A stretch of 34,496 bases of DNA from assembly GCA_021792115.1 (NCBI GenBank), contig JAJYVI010000001.1, positions 1 to 34,496 of the forward strand, given 5' to 3'. This document shows positions 8,246-16,500 of this stretch, piece after piece. The notes under the pieces are model-generated. The model worked only from the letters and a program-made list of their open reading frames with translations, searched no databases and had not been told where the DNA came from. Made by a program: the position numbers and the translations under genes. Every line of letters starts with the position of its first letter. Position 1 is the stretch's first letter. Source of the DNA: Candidatus Micrarchaeota archaeon (GTDB lineage: Archaea > Micrarchaeota > Micrarchaeia > Micrarchaeales > Micrarchaeaceae).

Positions 8246-9115
8246 ATGTTTGAAAATATAATAAATGGATGGAAGATAGGAAAGGCAGTACGCAGCATAG
8301 TTATGAAAGATAAATCTCTTATGCTCTATCCTATTGTGTCTGTAATCATAGCACTTGCCTTGATTGCTGTGATATTCTTGGTAGGCATTATCGCTGCAGG
8401 TGCTGTGGCAAACCATAGCCTGATGTTAATAGCAGGAATAATCTTATTTTACATTGCTGTAACATTTTCCTCAACATATGTAAGCATTGCCTTGCTAATT
8501 GCCTACAAAAAATTCAACTCTGGAAAAAAGATTAGCATTGCACAAGCATTGTCCCTTGCAAGGCCTTACTGGAAAAATGCACTCAAGTGGGCAGTCTTTT
8601 ATTCTATCATAATAATGATATTGAATGCAATAGAATCCAGATTTAGAGGAATAGGCAGACTTGTAGTCGGGTTCATAGGCTCGCTTGCAATAAGCACAGC
8701 CGTGTTTTTCGTAGTCCCTGTCATACTTGAAAAGAACATAGGGCCGATTGATGCAATGAAAGAAAGTGTGAAGACCATTTATCATCAGTTTGGGCAGACC
8801 TTCGGAGGCTTTGCGTTTATTGATCTTTATTCTGCAATGTTTATTTTGCTCGGTGTTTTTATAATGGTTGCGTCTCTGGCATTGTTTGGCAGCAGCACAA
8901 TACTAAATGCAGTATTTATTGTAACTGGAATTATAGGCCTTGCGCTTGCAGTGTTTGGCGCTGTATTTGCTGCAACACTTGGACAGGTCTTTAAGCTTAT
9001 AATTTATGATTATGCAAACGGAAAACCTCTGCCAAAGGGAATAAGCGCACAAATGATCAGCAATGCAAGCAAAAAAAGAAAAACTGCTAGCAGCAACAAT
9101 GCAGGCAATATATAA
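8246..9115 (+). CDS. Polytopic membrane protein of unknown function (possibly DUF6159-like)
   Basis: 289 aa with about 6 hydrophobic helices. The N-terminus 'W.IGKAVRSIVMKDKSLMLYPIVS' resembles, from memory, the DUF6159 start motif. The C-terminus is a basic tail. Confidence 0.6.
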   Translation: MFENIINGWKIGKAVRSIVMKDKSLMLYPIVSVIIALALIAVIFLVGIIAAGAVANHSLMLIAGIILFYIAVTFSSTYVSIALLIAYKKFNSGKKISIAQALSLARPYWKNALKWAVFYSIIIMILNAIESRFRGIGRLVVGFIGSLAISTAVFFVVPVILEKNIGPIDAMKESVKTIYHQFGQTFGGFAFIDLYSAMFILLGVFIMVASLALFGSSTILNAVFIVTGIIGLALAVFGAVFAATLGQVFKLIIYDYANGKPLPKGISAQMISNASKKRKTASSNNAGNI

Positions 9116-9129
9116 AATTATAGTTTAAT

Positions 9130-9912
9130 ATGCAATATGATGCAATGCTTTATCTAATAGGACTTGGACTGTCAAAGGGAGACATATCGGCAAAAGCGCT
9201 TGAGATTGCAAAAAAATGCGATGCTGCATATATTGAGAGATATACTGGAAGAATAAGCGACAGCGATGTAAATGAGCTTGCAAAATCTGTTGGCAAGGAA
9301 TTTAGAATTCTCAAAAGGCCATCTTTTGAAGACAATGTAGCTGAGCTGATTTCAGAGGCTATAGAGAAAAATGTGGGCGTATTCATTGAAGGGGATCCGT
9401 TAATTGCAACAACGCACAAAATATTATTCATTGAGGCGAAGGCACAAGATGTTGAAATAAAAGTAGTGCATTCAGTATCTATACTTACCGCTGCAATGGG
9501 AGAAAGCATGCTTGATTTCTACAGGTTCGGCGCTGTATGCACAATTGCGGATTGGAGCGAACATTATAAACCTGTTTCATTCTATGAAACAATTGAAAAG
9601 AACCTTGGTATGAATCTCCATAGCATACTTTTTCTTGACTTTAATGAAAGCGAGCAGGCAAGTCCAGATTTAAGACGGGTAAGTAGTATCTTGAAGTCTG
9701 CTGAGGAGCAATATAATAGAGGAGTTTTGGATCCGAATAAAGAGATAATGATATTGCATAATGTTGAGCTTGATACGCAGAAAAATCTGCTTGTAAAAAT
9801 AAGCGAGCTTGAGGATATAGAGTTAGACAACGGTCCTACGCTTATAATAATCCCTGCAAAGCTAAGTGATATTGAAAATGAGCTTATTAATGCAGTGTAT
9901 AGGCAAAAATAA
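9130..9912 (+). CDS. dphB: Diphthine synthase (diphthamide biosynthesis methyltransferase)
   Basis: 'MLYLIGLGLSKGDIS..AL', 'EGDPLIATTH' and 'SFYETI' are typical of Dph5/DphB tetrapyrrole-methylase-fold enzymes. The start may be ATG 9145. Confidence 0.9.
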   Translation: MQYDAMLYLIGLGLSKGDISAKALEIAKKCDAAYIERYTGRISDSDVNELAKSVGKEFRILKRPSFEDNVAELISEAIEKNVGVFIEGDPLIATTHKILFIEAKAQDVEIKVVHSVSILTAAMGESMLDFYRFGAVCTIADWSEHYKPVSFYETIEKNLGMNLHSILFLDFNESEQASPDLRRVSSILKSAEEQYNRGVLDPNKEIMILHNVELDTQKNLLVKISELEDIELDNGPTLIIIPAKLSDIENELINAVYRQK

Positions 9913-9936
9913 ACATTGCTATAAAAGCGTGAAATA

Positions 9937-11106
9937 ATGCTGCAAATATTTCTTGATGAAAAGACAAAGAGGATATTTGCTACTGATCAGTCAACAATAG
10001 ACATATTGAAAAATGGATTTTTTGGGGAAATAGAGGGTAATAAAATAGTTCTTACTCCTGAAGAGGCACTTTATATGATTGATGTAAGAAAAGCACAATG
10101 TCTTTCACCAAACTCCAAAAAAGAAGTAGAATTTAATGAATTTGAAGAGCTTTTCATAAAGAAAAATAAGATGATGGCAAGGTATTTTACATACAAAGAC
10201 TGGAGAGATAGAGGCATAATGATAAAAGATTTTAAGTCAATAAAATCAGATGTAAAGCGCTCCAAGGCAAAGGTGCCTATAAAAATTTACCCCTCTTCAG
10301 CAACAAAACTCAATGCATACTCATTAGCCGGCATTTTCTTCCCTGATGATTTAATATGCATAGTCAGTGGAGAAGATGGAAAAAAAATTTATTTAGAAAA
10401 CTGGTTCGGGCAATACGGAACATATAAACTAAGCGAGAGAGGGATATTAAACAAGCTTGACATATATGAGACACTCTATTTAATAGAAAAGAAGGTCCTT
10501 ACTGTAAAGAACTTTACGCAGGAGCAGATATCACGAGCTGCTGAAAAAAGGAGACATGATTTTAAAAAATTGTATCTTGTTTACAAAGACTGGAGAGACA
10601 AAGGATATGTTGTAAAGACAGGATTCAAATTTGGAACGCATTTCAGAATATACTTTCCTGGTGCAAAACCTATAAAAGATGAGCAATGGATGCATTCTAA
10701 GCATGTTATACAGGTATTCCCAAGGGATACAAAACTATTGATATCAGAATGGGCAAGAGCAATAAGAGTAGCTCATTCTGTACGCAAGACATTCATACTT
10801 GCAATTCCTGGAAAAACCAGGAACAAAAAAATGAAGATAGATTTCGTGCTTTACCATAGGAAAAATGGAAATATAGAATTGCCAGGCACAGATACGCCAA
10901 GGCTTGGAATGTTATCGCTTAGCGAGGACGAAGTAATAGGTGGGAGCGAGCTTTCGGCAATGATAAATGAGGCAAAAGAGAATAAATTAGAGCTGATAAT
11001 AGCCATAAGCGACAGAGAGACAGCTGTTACATATTATAAAGTGAGAAGAATTATCCTGCCAAAGAGCGAATATGAATACTATGAAATAGACTGGATGCAA
11101 CCGTGA
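9937..11106 (+). CDS. endA: tRNA-splicing endonuclease, long multi-unit form
   Basis: Two 'Y.YKDWRD.G' segments (YFTYKDWRDRGIMIK; LYLVYKDWRDKGYVVKTGFKFGTHFRIY). The catalytic Tyr/His/Lys context 'FRIY...HSKHVIQV...HSVRKTFILAI' is found only in the second unit. An extra C-terminal segment ends 'LIIAISDRETAVTYYKV'. Confidence 0.88.
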   Translation: MLQIFLDEKTKRIFATDQSTIDILKNGFFGEIEGNKIVLTPEEALYMIDVRKAQCLSPNSKKEVEFNEFEELFIKKNKMMARYFTYKDWRDRGIMIKDFKSIKSDVKRSKAKVPIKIYPSSATKLNAYSLAGIFFPDDLICIVSGEDGKKIYLENWFGQYGTYKLSERGILNKLDIYETLYLIEKKVLTVKNFTQEQISRAAEKRRHDFKKLYLVYKDWRDKGYVVKTGFKFGTHFRIYFPGAKPIKDEQWMHSKHVIQVFPRDTKLLISEWARAIRVAHSVRKTFILAIPGKTRNKKMKIDFVLYHRKNGNIELPGTDTPRLGMLSLSEDEVIGGSELSAMINEAKENKLELIIAISDRETAVTYYKVRRIILPKSEYEYYEIDWMQP

Positions 11107-11118
11107 TGCAAAAATATA

Positions 11119-11583
11119 TTAGATATCGACTACTACTGTTGTACTGAAAAAATTCGTCTTAGCTGTTTTTTTCTTATTAGAAACCTTGAGCGCATACTTA
11201 GATATTCCCTTTACCTCTAATTTAAAGTATTGCCCTGTCCTTTTTTTTGATAATACAACTGATGAGAGGGCATATTTAGTGTTCCTGCCAGGTATAATTT
11301 TTATTTTTAGTAGATAGATATCAAAGCCAAACCTGTCTTTTGCATCGAGAATTGAAAGGCAGCTCTGCAGGAACTGCCAGAGAAGGTTTTCAAGCGTGTA
11401 TGCCTCCTCTTTTATAATTATTTTATAAGTCCTTGACTTCTCTGTCTTTACTTTTTTAATATCTGAAATAATATCAAAAAGAGCAAGGGCAGAATTTTTG
11501 AAGGCTTCTTCAGCAGATCCGCCGAATGCATTGAACTCTATGTCTGCTGTGTGATCAACATATTCATATTTTTTCCCACGCAT
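11119..11583 (-). CDS. Archease (activator of the RtcB tRNA ligase)
   Basis: 'YEYVDHTADIEFNAFGGSAEEAFKNSALAL' is the archease N-terminal signature (HTADi). Length 154 aa. Confidence 0.88.
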   Translation of the reverse strand: MRGKKYEYVDHTADIEFNAFGGSAEEAFKNSALALFDIISDIKKVKTEKSRTYKIIIKEEAYTLENLLWQFLQSCLSILDAKDRFGFDIYLLKIKIIPGRNTKYALSSVVLSKKRTGQYFKLEVKGISKYALKVSNKKKTAKTNFFSTTVVVDI

Positions 11584-11787
11584 AAACTCATTTATTATTT
11601 TGAATTTTTGTTTTATTTTTGTATTATTTGTATTTTATTTGTACTATTATTATTTCAAGTATTAAGATTATTTTAATATTTCAAACAAAATCAGTATAAA
11701 ATATATAATAAAATATAAAATAGATAAATGCAATACTAGAGCAAACAACAACAATGATCCAAAGTATGGATAAAATAAAGGTAAAGG

Positions 11788-11796
11788 ATATATAAT
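11788..11796 (+). promoter_or_regulatory. TATA box (ATATATAAT) for the box C/D sRNA
   Basis: It is centred about 26 nt upstream of the C box and 22 nt upstream of the terminal stem at 11814. A purine-rich AAAGG (BRE-like) precedes it. Confidence 0.5.
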
Positions 11797-11813
11797 ATGA
11801 TTCCGTATTATAT

Positions 11814-11875
11814 TTGTCCTATGATGACAAGAGTAACTACTGAATAATGATGATGCCCATTTCGACTGAGGACAA
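11814..11875 (+). ncRNA. Box C/D sRNA (2'-O-methylation guide)
   Basis: C box ATGATGA 11821-11827; 12-nt guide CAAGAGTAACTA; D' box CTGA 11840-11843; 3-nt linker ATA; C' box ATGATGA 11847-11853; 12-nt guide TGCCCATTTCGA; D box CTGA 11866-11869. A perfect 6-bp terminal stem TTGTCC (11814-11819) / GGACAA (11870-11875) flanks these. The spacing 12/3/12 is the canonical archaeal architecture. Confidence 0.85.
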
Positions 11876-11893
11876 TTATTTTGATGTGAAATA

Positions 11894-13516
11894 ATGACTG
11901 CAAAGCACCTAAAAGAAAAAAATAAAATGAAAATAAAAATAAATGAGAAGGTACAGACAAAGCAACATACAACAGTGCAAGAAAATAATAAAGGCAGTAA
12001 TAAGCTGCTTGGAATGCTTGTAGTAATTGCAGCATTTGGCATAGGCTCTTACAAGATTATATCTTCAACAGGCCTTAGCATACAAGATACAAATCCTTCA
12101 AGTTATATCATTGCAGTAATGCTTATGATTTTCCTTTTTCTTATATTTTCACTTAAAGAGAAGCTTGAATTTAAGCCGTCTGCAAGAAATATATTATTTG
12201 GAAGTGTTATACTTGCCATATATACAATCACAGTATCTTATCTAAAAGTAGCAACATCATTTATATTTTATCTTTATAGAATAGATGCACTCTTATTACC
12301 TATTTTCCTTTCAGCTCTAATACTTGTTATTTTTGGAATTGATGGAATTAAAAAGCTAAAATATGTTATAGTATACAGTGCTTTTGCATCGCCAATACTG
12401 CTTCTGCCTTTGCTTAATATAAATAGCCTTTTTACATTAGTCAATGCAAAATTCGTATTCTACATGCTTAGGATTATGCAAATCCCTGTTTCAAGCTCAG
12501 GCATAATGATTTCATTAGCATCAAATCCTGCAGCATCTATAATAATAGGTCAAACATGCACGGACATAGGTGCATTTATTGCGTTAGCTGCATTTCTACT
12601 GCCTATTGCATATTTATTTGATGGAAAGTTGAAAAGTAAGGTTCTATTTGTAATTATAGGCATTATTGCACTTGCAATTCTAAATGTAGCAAGAATGCTT
12701 ACAATAGCCTTTTCATGGTTTTATTATGGAATTTCAAATGCGCTTATGCTATTTCATGCATCTTCTGGTCCGATATTATTCTATGTTATACTAGCTGTAA
12801 TGATTATATTTTCATACAAGCTTGATTTATATGTACCAAAAATGAAGTATAATGAGATTGCAGTATCTGGTAAAAAGTATTTGCTGTCTGTGCATATATT
12901 AATTGCATTTGCTTTTGGGATTTTTAGCCTTGTTTTATTATCATCAAATGCAAACATAGGAATTCAACCAATGCATTTTAAAAACATACAAAATTCTACC
13001 AACAACCAGATAAATATGTCTACAGAAACTGAGATATTAAGTGTACTTAATGCGCATAACATTAAAGCTACACAGATAGGAATTATCAAGCTTAATAATA
13101 TAACAGGATTAGACATTGCACTAAATGGCAACTCAACAGCAGAAATAAATAATACCTATGTATTTCTGTCTACATCAAAAATAATTCCATCTCTTGTAAA
13201 GTCCGGATATCAATATGATCAATATAAATATATACTTAGAAATGGGATATCAGTTAATAACGAAGTTCTAAAAACATCTAATTATAGTCTTAGCATATCT
13301 GAATTTTCAGCACCAATAAATGCAAGCGGGACATACATACCTATTGACTTTTTAGTATTTGAAAATTACAGCTCTGCAAGATTTTGCCGCATAGACTATC
13401 AAAAAATAGGGTTGTCAAACTTTTTTGAATCAGAAATCTATAACATAATAAGGAGAAATAAAGTTAATAGTACTGCTCCATGCATTCCATATGTATTGGC
13501 TTCTATTTTTAAGTGA
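11894..13516 (+). CDS. Archaeosortase/exosortase (EpsH)-like polytopic membrane protein with an extra C-terminal extracytoplasmic domain
   Basis: There are about 8-9 TM helices. The ordered triad is Cys222 ('IIIGQTCTDIGAF', nt 12557-12559), Arg267 ('ILNVARMLTI') and His288 ('LFHASSGPILF'), matching the family pattern ..C(S)G.. / N..R / H...G..F. After a last TM (aa ~330-350) comes a ~190-aa Asn/Ser-rich domain. The start is uncertain (ATG 11894 or 11927). Confidence 0.6.
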   Translation: MTAKHLKEKNKMKIKINEKVQTKQHTTVQENNKGSNKLLGMLVVIAAFGIGSYKIISSTGLSIQDTNPSSYIIAVMLMIFLFLIFSLKEKLEFKPSARNILFGSVILAIYTITVSYLKVATSFIFYLYRIDALLLPIFLSALILVIFGIDGIKKLKYVIVYSAFASPILLLPLLNINSLFTLVNAKFVFYMLRIMQIPVSSSGIMISLASNPAASIIIGQTCTDIGAFIALAAFLLPIAYLFDGKLKSKVLFVIIGIIALAILNVARMLTIAFSWFYYGISNALMLFHASSGPILFYVILAVMIIFSYKLDLYVPKMKYNEIAVSGKKYLLSVHILIAFAFGIFSLVLLSSNANIGIQPMHFKNIQNSTNNQINMSTETEILSVLNAHNIKATQIGIIKLNNITGLDIALNGNSTAEINNTYVFLSTSKIIPSLVKSGYQYDQYKYILRNGISVNNEVLKTSNYSLSISEFSAPINASGTYIPIDFLVFENYSSARFCRIDYQKIGLSNFFESEIYNIIRRNKVNSTAPCIPYVLASIFK

Positions 13517-13582
13517 TTAACTCTTATGCTCTAATAAATTTATAGTCCTACCCATCAGCTATGTCTGCCTGTTGTTTGTTTT

Positions 13583-16500
13583 TTATGTAATAAAAATGCA
13601 TTTGCCTTTTTTAGATGCATAATTATTACAAGTAAGAAATATTATTATAACTAAAAGTATAGCAAATAGGACTATAATGGCTATTAATATTATTTGAACA
13701 TGCGACATAGCTGATGATAATGATAAGATGCTGCCTGTGTGCCCTGTGCTTTGTGAAGCGAGTGATGAAATAATAAGAGTATTTGCCACAGAATTTGCTG
13801 GCAGCTCTGTAGATATTGGTATCACATTTGAAGTTGAATTAATCTGCTTTTGGATAATATTAGAACTTATCGAATTTATTGCCGCAGTTAAGTTATTTTT
13901 TATAATTAGAATATTTGCAGAGGATATTTTTGTTGTTATATTGCTAAGACTTGGAGATGTAAAAGTAGGATTCTTTGAAAATATTCCTATTATTGGATCA
14001 CTTGGTACTAAAAATGAGACTGTACATGTTTGGGGATTCTGCACAGAAGCTATTTTTGACCATATCTTATTTACAAGCCTGAATACAGATATATTTGAAA
14101 TATTGCAAGGATATACAAATAGGCCATTTGTTGTTATATTCTGCTCTGTAGAAAAATTAAATGCTATGAGTTTTTTGTAGGTTCTATTTGTAATATTTTG
14201 TACAGATAGAGTTACATTTTTTATGCTTACTTTTACCTCCTTCCCTGTCCTGTTGTTTGACGTTAATTTGAATATTATATGCTCATTTGTGAAATTTATT
14301 GTAAATGGCACTGTTGAAATATTAAGGTAGTTTGAGTAAACAGAATTTGAAACAGTTATATTATGATATACTTTTAGATGGATTATTGGAGTTATTATAG
14401 TGGAATGAGGAGGTAGGCCTGATGCAGGCTGCTGCACAATAAGAGTCTCTGTTATTGAATTACCAGTGTAGTTTGCATTGCCAGAATTTGAGAAAGTGAG
14501 AATATAAGTTCCTGGAAGACCTTGTGTAGACCATGATGCTTGTGAAGATGTTGTAGAATAAAGTGCACCATTGACATATAATTTCCATGCAGACTGGTTG
14601 TTTAGTGTCTTCGTTCCTGTAAATGAGAATGTATCCCTTGTATAATATGGGCTTCCATATTGCCCATTGGAATTTGTGCCTGCTGCCCCAGAGGAATTCG
14701 AAAAAGAGTATAACGGGGCTGGAAGGGAATTTGAAATAACTGTTATATTTATTGGATCGTTATAAGGATATGGTGTTGTTGTGCCTATATCATTTGCAAG
14801 GAGATAAAGGATATAGTTTCCTACAGAGAAATAACCTCCTAAGGTCCGACTATTTTCTGCAATTATGCTGTTTGCTGCAGTTGATGTTGATGAAGCAAAA
14901 CTTGCAATTTGATTTTCTGAAAATACCTGGATGCCAGAGGGATCTGTTATTATCCAATTGTATGAAAATGGGCCTGTTCCTCCAACAGTATTTGCAGAAA
15001 TTGAAGGCAACACACCGTATATAACTGATAGTGGTTGTGAGGAACTTAGGGCATTGCTTAGATTTGCGTTTTGAATAGAATTAAGCGAAAGAATAGGCGC
15101 AGAATTAACTGTGATTGAAATCGTAATAGAATTTATAGGAGTTTCATATGTTGTAATAGAATCAAATAAAATACCATTAAACTGAATTGTATTTGATGAT
15201 ATTGAATTTACTATAAATGATATGGAATTATAATCCTCATTAGAAGGTATTATCACATTACTGCCCATTTGCCTGTTTCCTGTCACATTCCATAGCATTG
15301 CATTGAATGGTCCAGTGCCTTCTGTATCTGTTGTAAAATTTATTGTTTCAATCTGGCCTGAATCAAGCAAAGCGTTTGTTGCTGATATAAATATGCTAGG
15401 TGCTGCCTTCACTGTAAGGTAATCTGTCATAGAATATGCAGTTGTAGTAGATGTTGCTGAGTCTATTATGATATAACAATAATAGGCATTGATATATAAT
15501 GGAGGTGTTGTATAAATTTGAGAGGTTGCACCGTTTATAAGTGTATCTGATATAGAGCAGTTTCCTGCTGAGGGAGCAGTATACCACTGATAGGTATAAG
15601 GTGCTGTTCCACCTACTGGGTTGGCAGTAAGAGTAATAGAATAGCCCTTGTCTATAATAGGCGTAAGGGGTTCTACCGCAGCCGCATTTAATTCGTTGTT
15701 TACAATGATTGTGTTCTGCAATGAATTAAAAATAAATGGTTGAGCAGTTCCAGTGTCATATGCAATTGCATTGAATTCAAATACATTTGCAGAAGTCAAG
15801 GAATTAACTATGAATGAGACTACATTGCTTCCACTTAGCTGTATTATTACATTACTGCCCATTTGCCTGTTTCCTGTCACATTCCATAGCATTGCATTGA
15901 ATGGCCCTGTTCCATTTGAAACACTTAATACATAAGTTTCTATCTGGTTTGAATCAAGCAAAATATTACTTGGAGATAAATATATTATTGGTGCAGGATT
16001 CACTGTTATTACTGGTGTTGCTACTGTATAACTTTCTGGAGTTGTGGCAGAATCTGTTATTGTTGCAGAAAATTCACACGTCGCAGATGATGCTGTAGAT
16101 GGATAATATATAAAAGAGGTAACATTACCAGGACTGCTGAATCCAGGGCAAGAATATCCATTTGCAATTGACCAGGAATAGGTATACGGTGATGTACCTG
16201 TTGTTGGTATGCTTATACTTATAGGATAGGACTGCCCTGAATCAATAGTCACTATAGATAACGGGGATGTAATTGATGTTGGGGTAAGAGCAGAATTTAT
16301 AACAATATTATAATTGTAGCTATCTGGCAAGGCATTTATAGTTATAGAAGATGGTGGGCGCGGAGGCGGAGGCGGATGGGGAGGCGGATGGGGAGGCGAA
16401 TCTTTCTCATAAATTCTAACGCTATAATTACCTGCAATATTAGTAAAATTGAAATTAAGCACGCTGCTTGGCGATGAAGACAATGTTTGGGGCAGAGCAT

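Noticed and set aside
11881-11900. TTGATGTGA just downstream of the sRNA, considered as an additional C-like box or a second sRNA
   Set aside because: It is not a consensus C box. The sequence 12 nt downstream is not CTGA, and there is no terminal stem.
11668-12042. Two overlapping - strand ORFs (124 and 75 aa) across the archease / archaeosortase-like intergenic region
   Set aside because: They run through an AT-rich promoter region and directly across the canonical box C/D sRNA on the other strand. The translation is low-complexity and hydrophobic, and no SD or start context is present.
13728-16098. Several + strand ORFs (60-150 aa) inside the surface-protein gene
   Set aside because: All are antisense to a continuous 1106-codon frame with coherent repeat architecture. 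They have no motifs and no start context.
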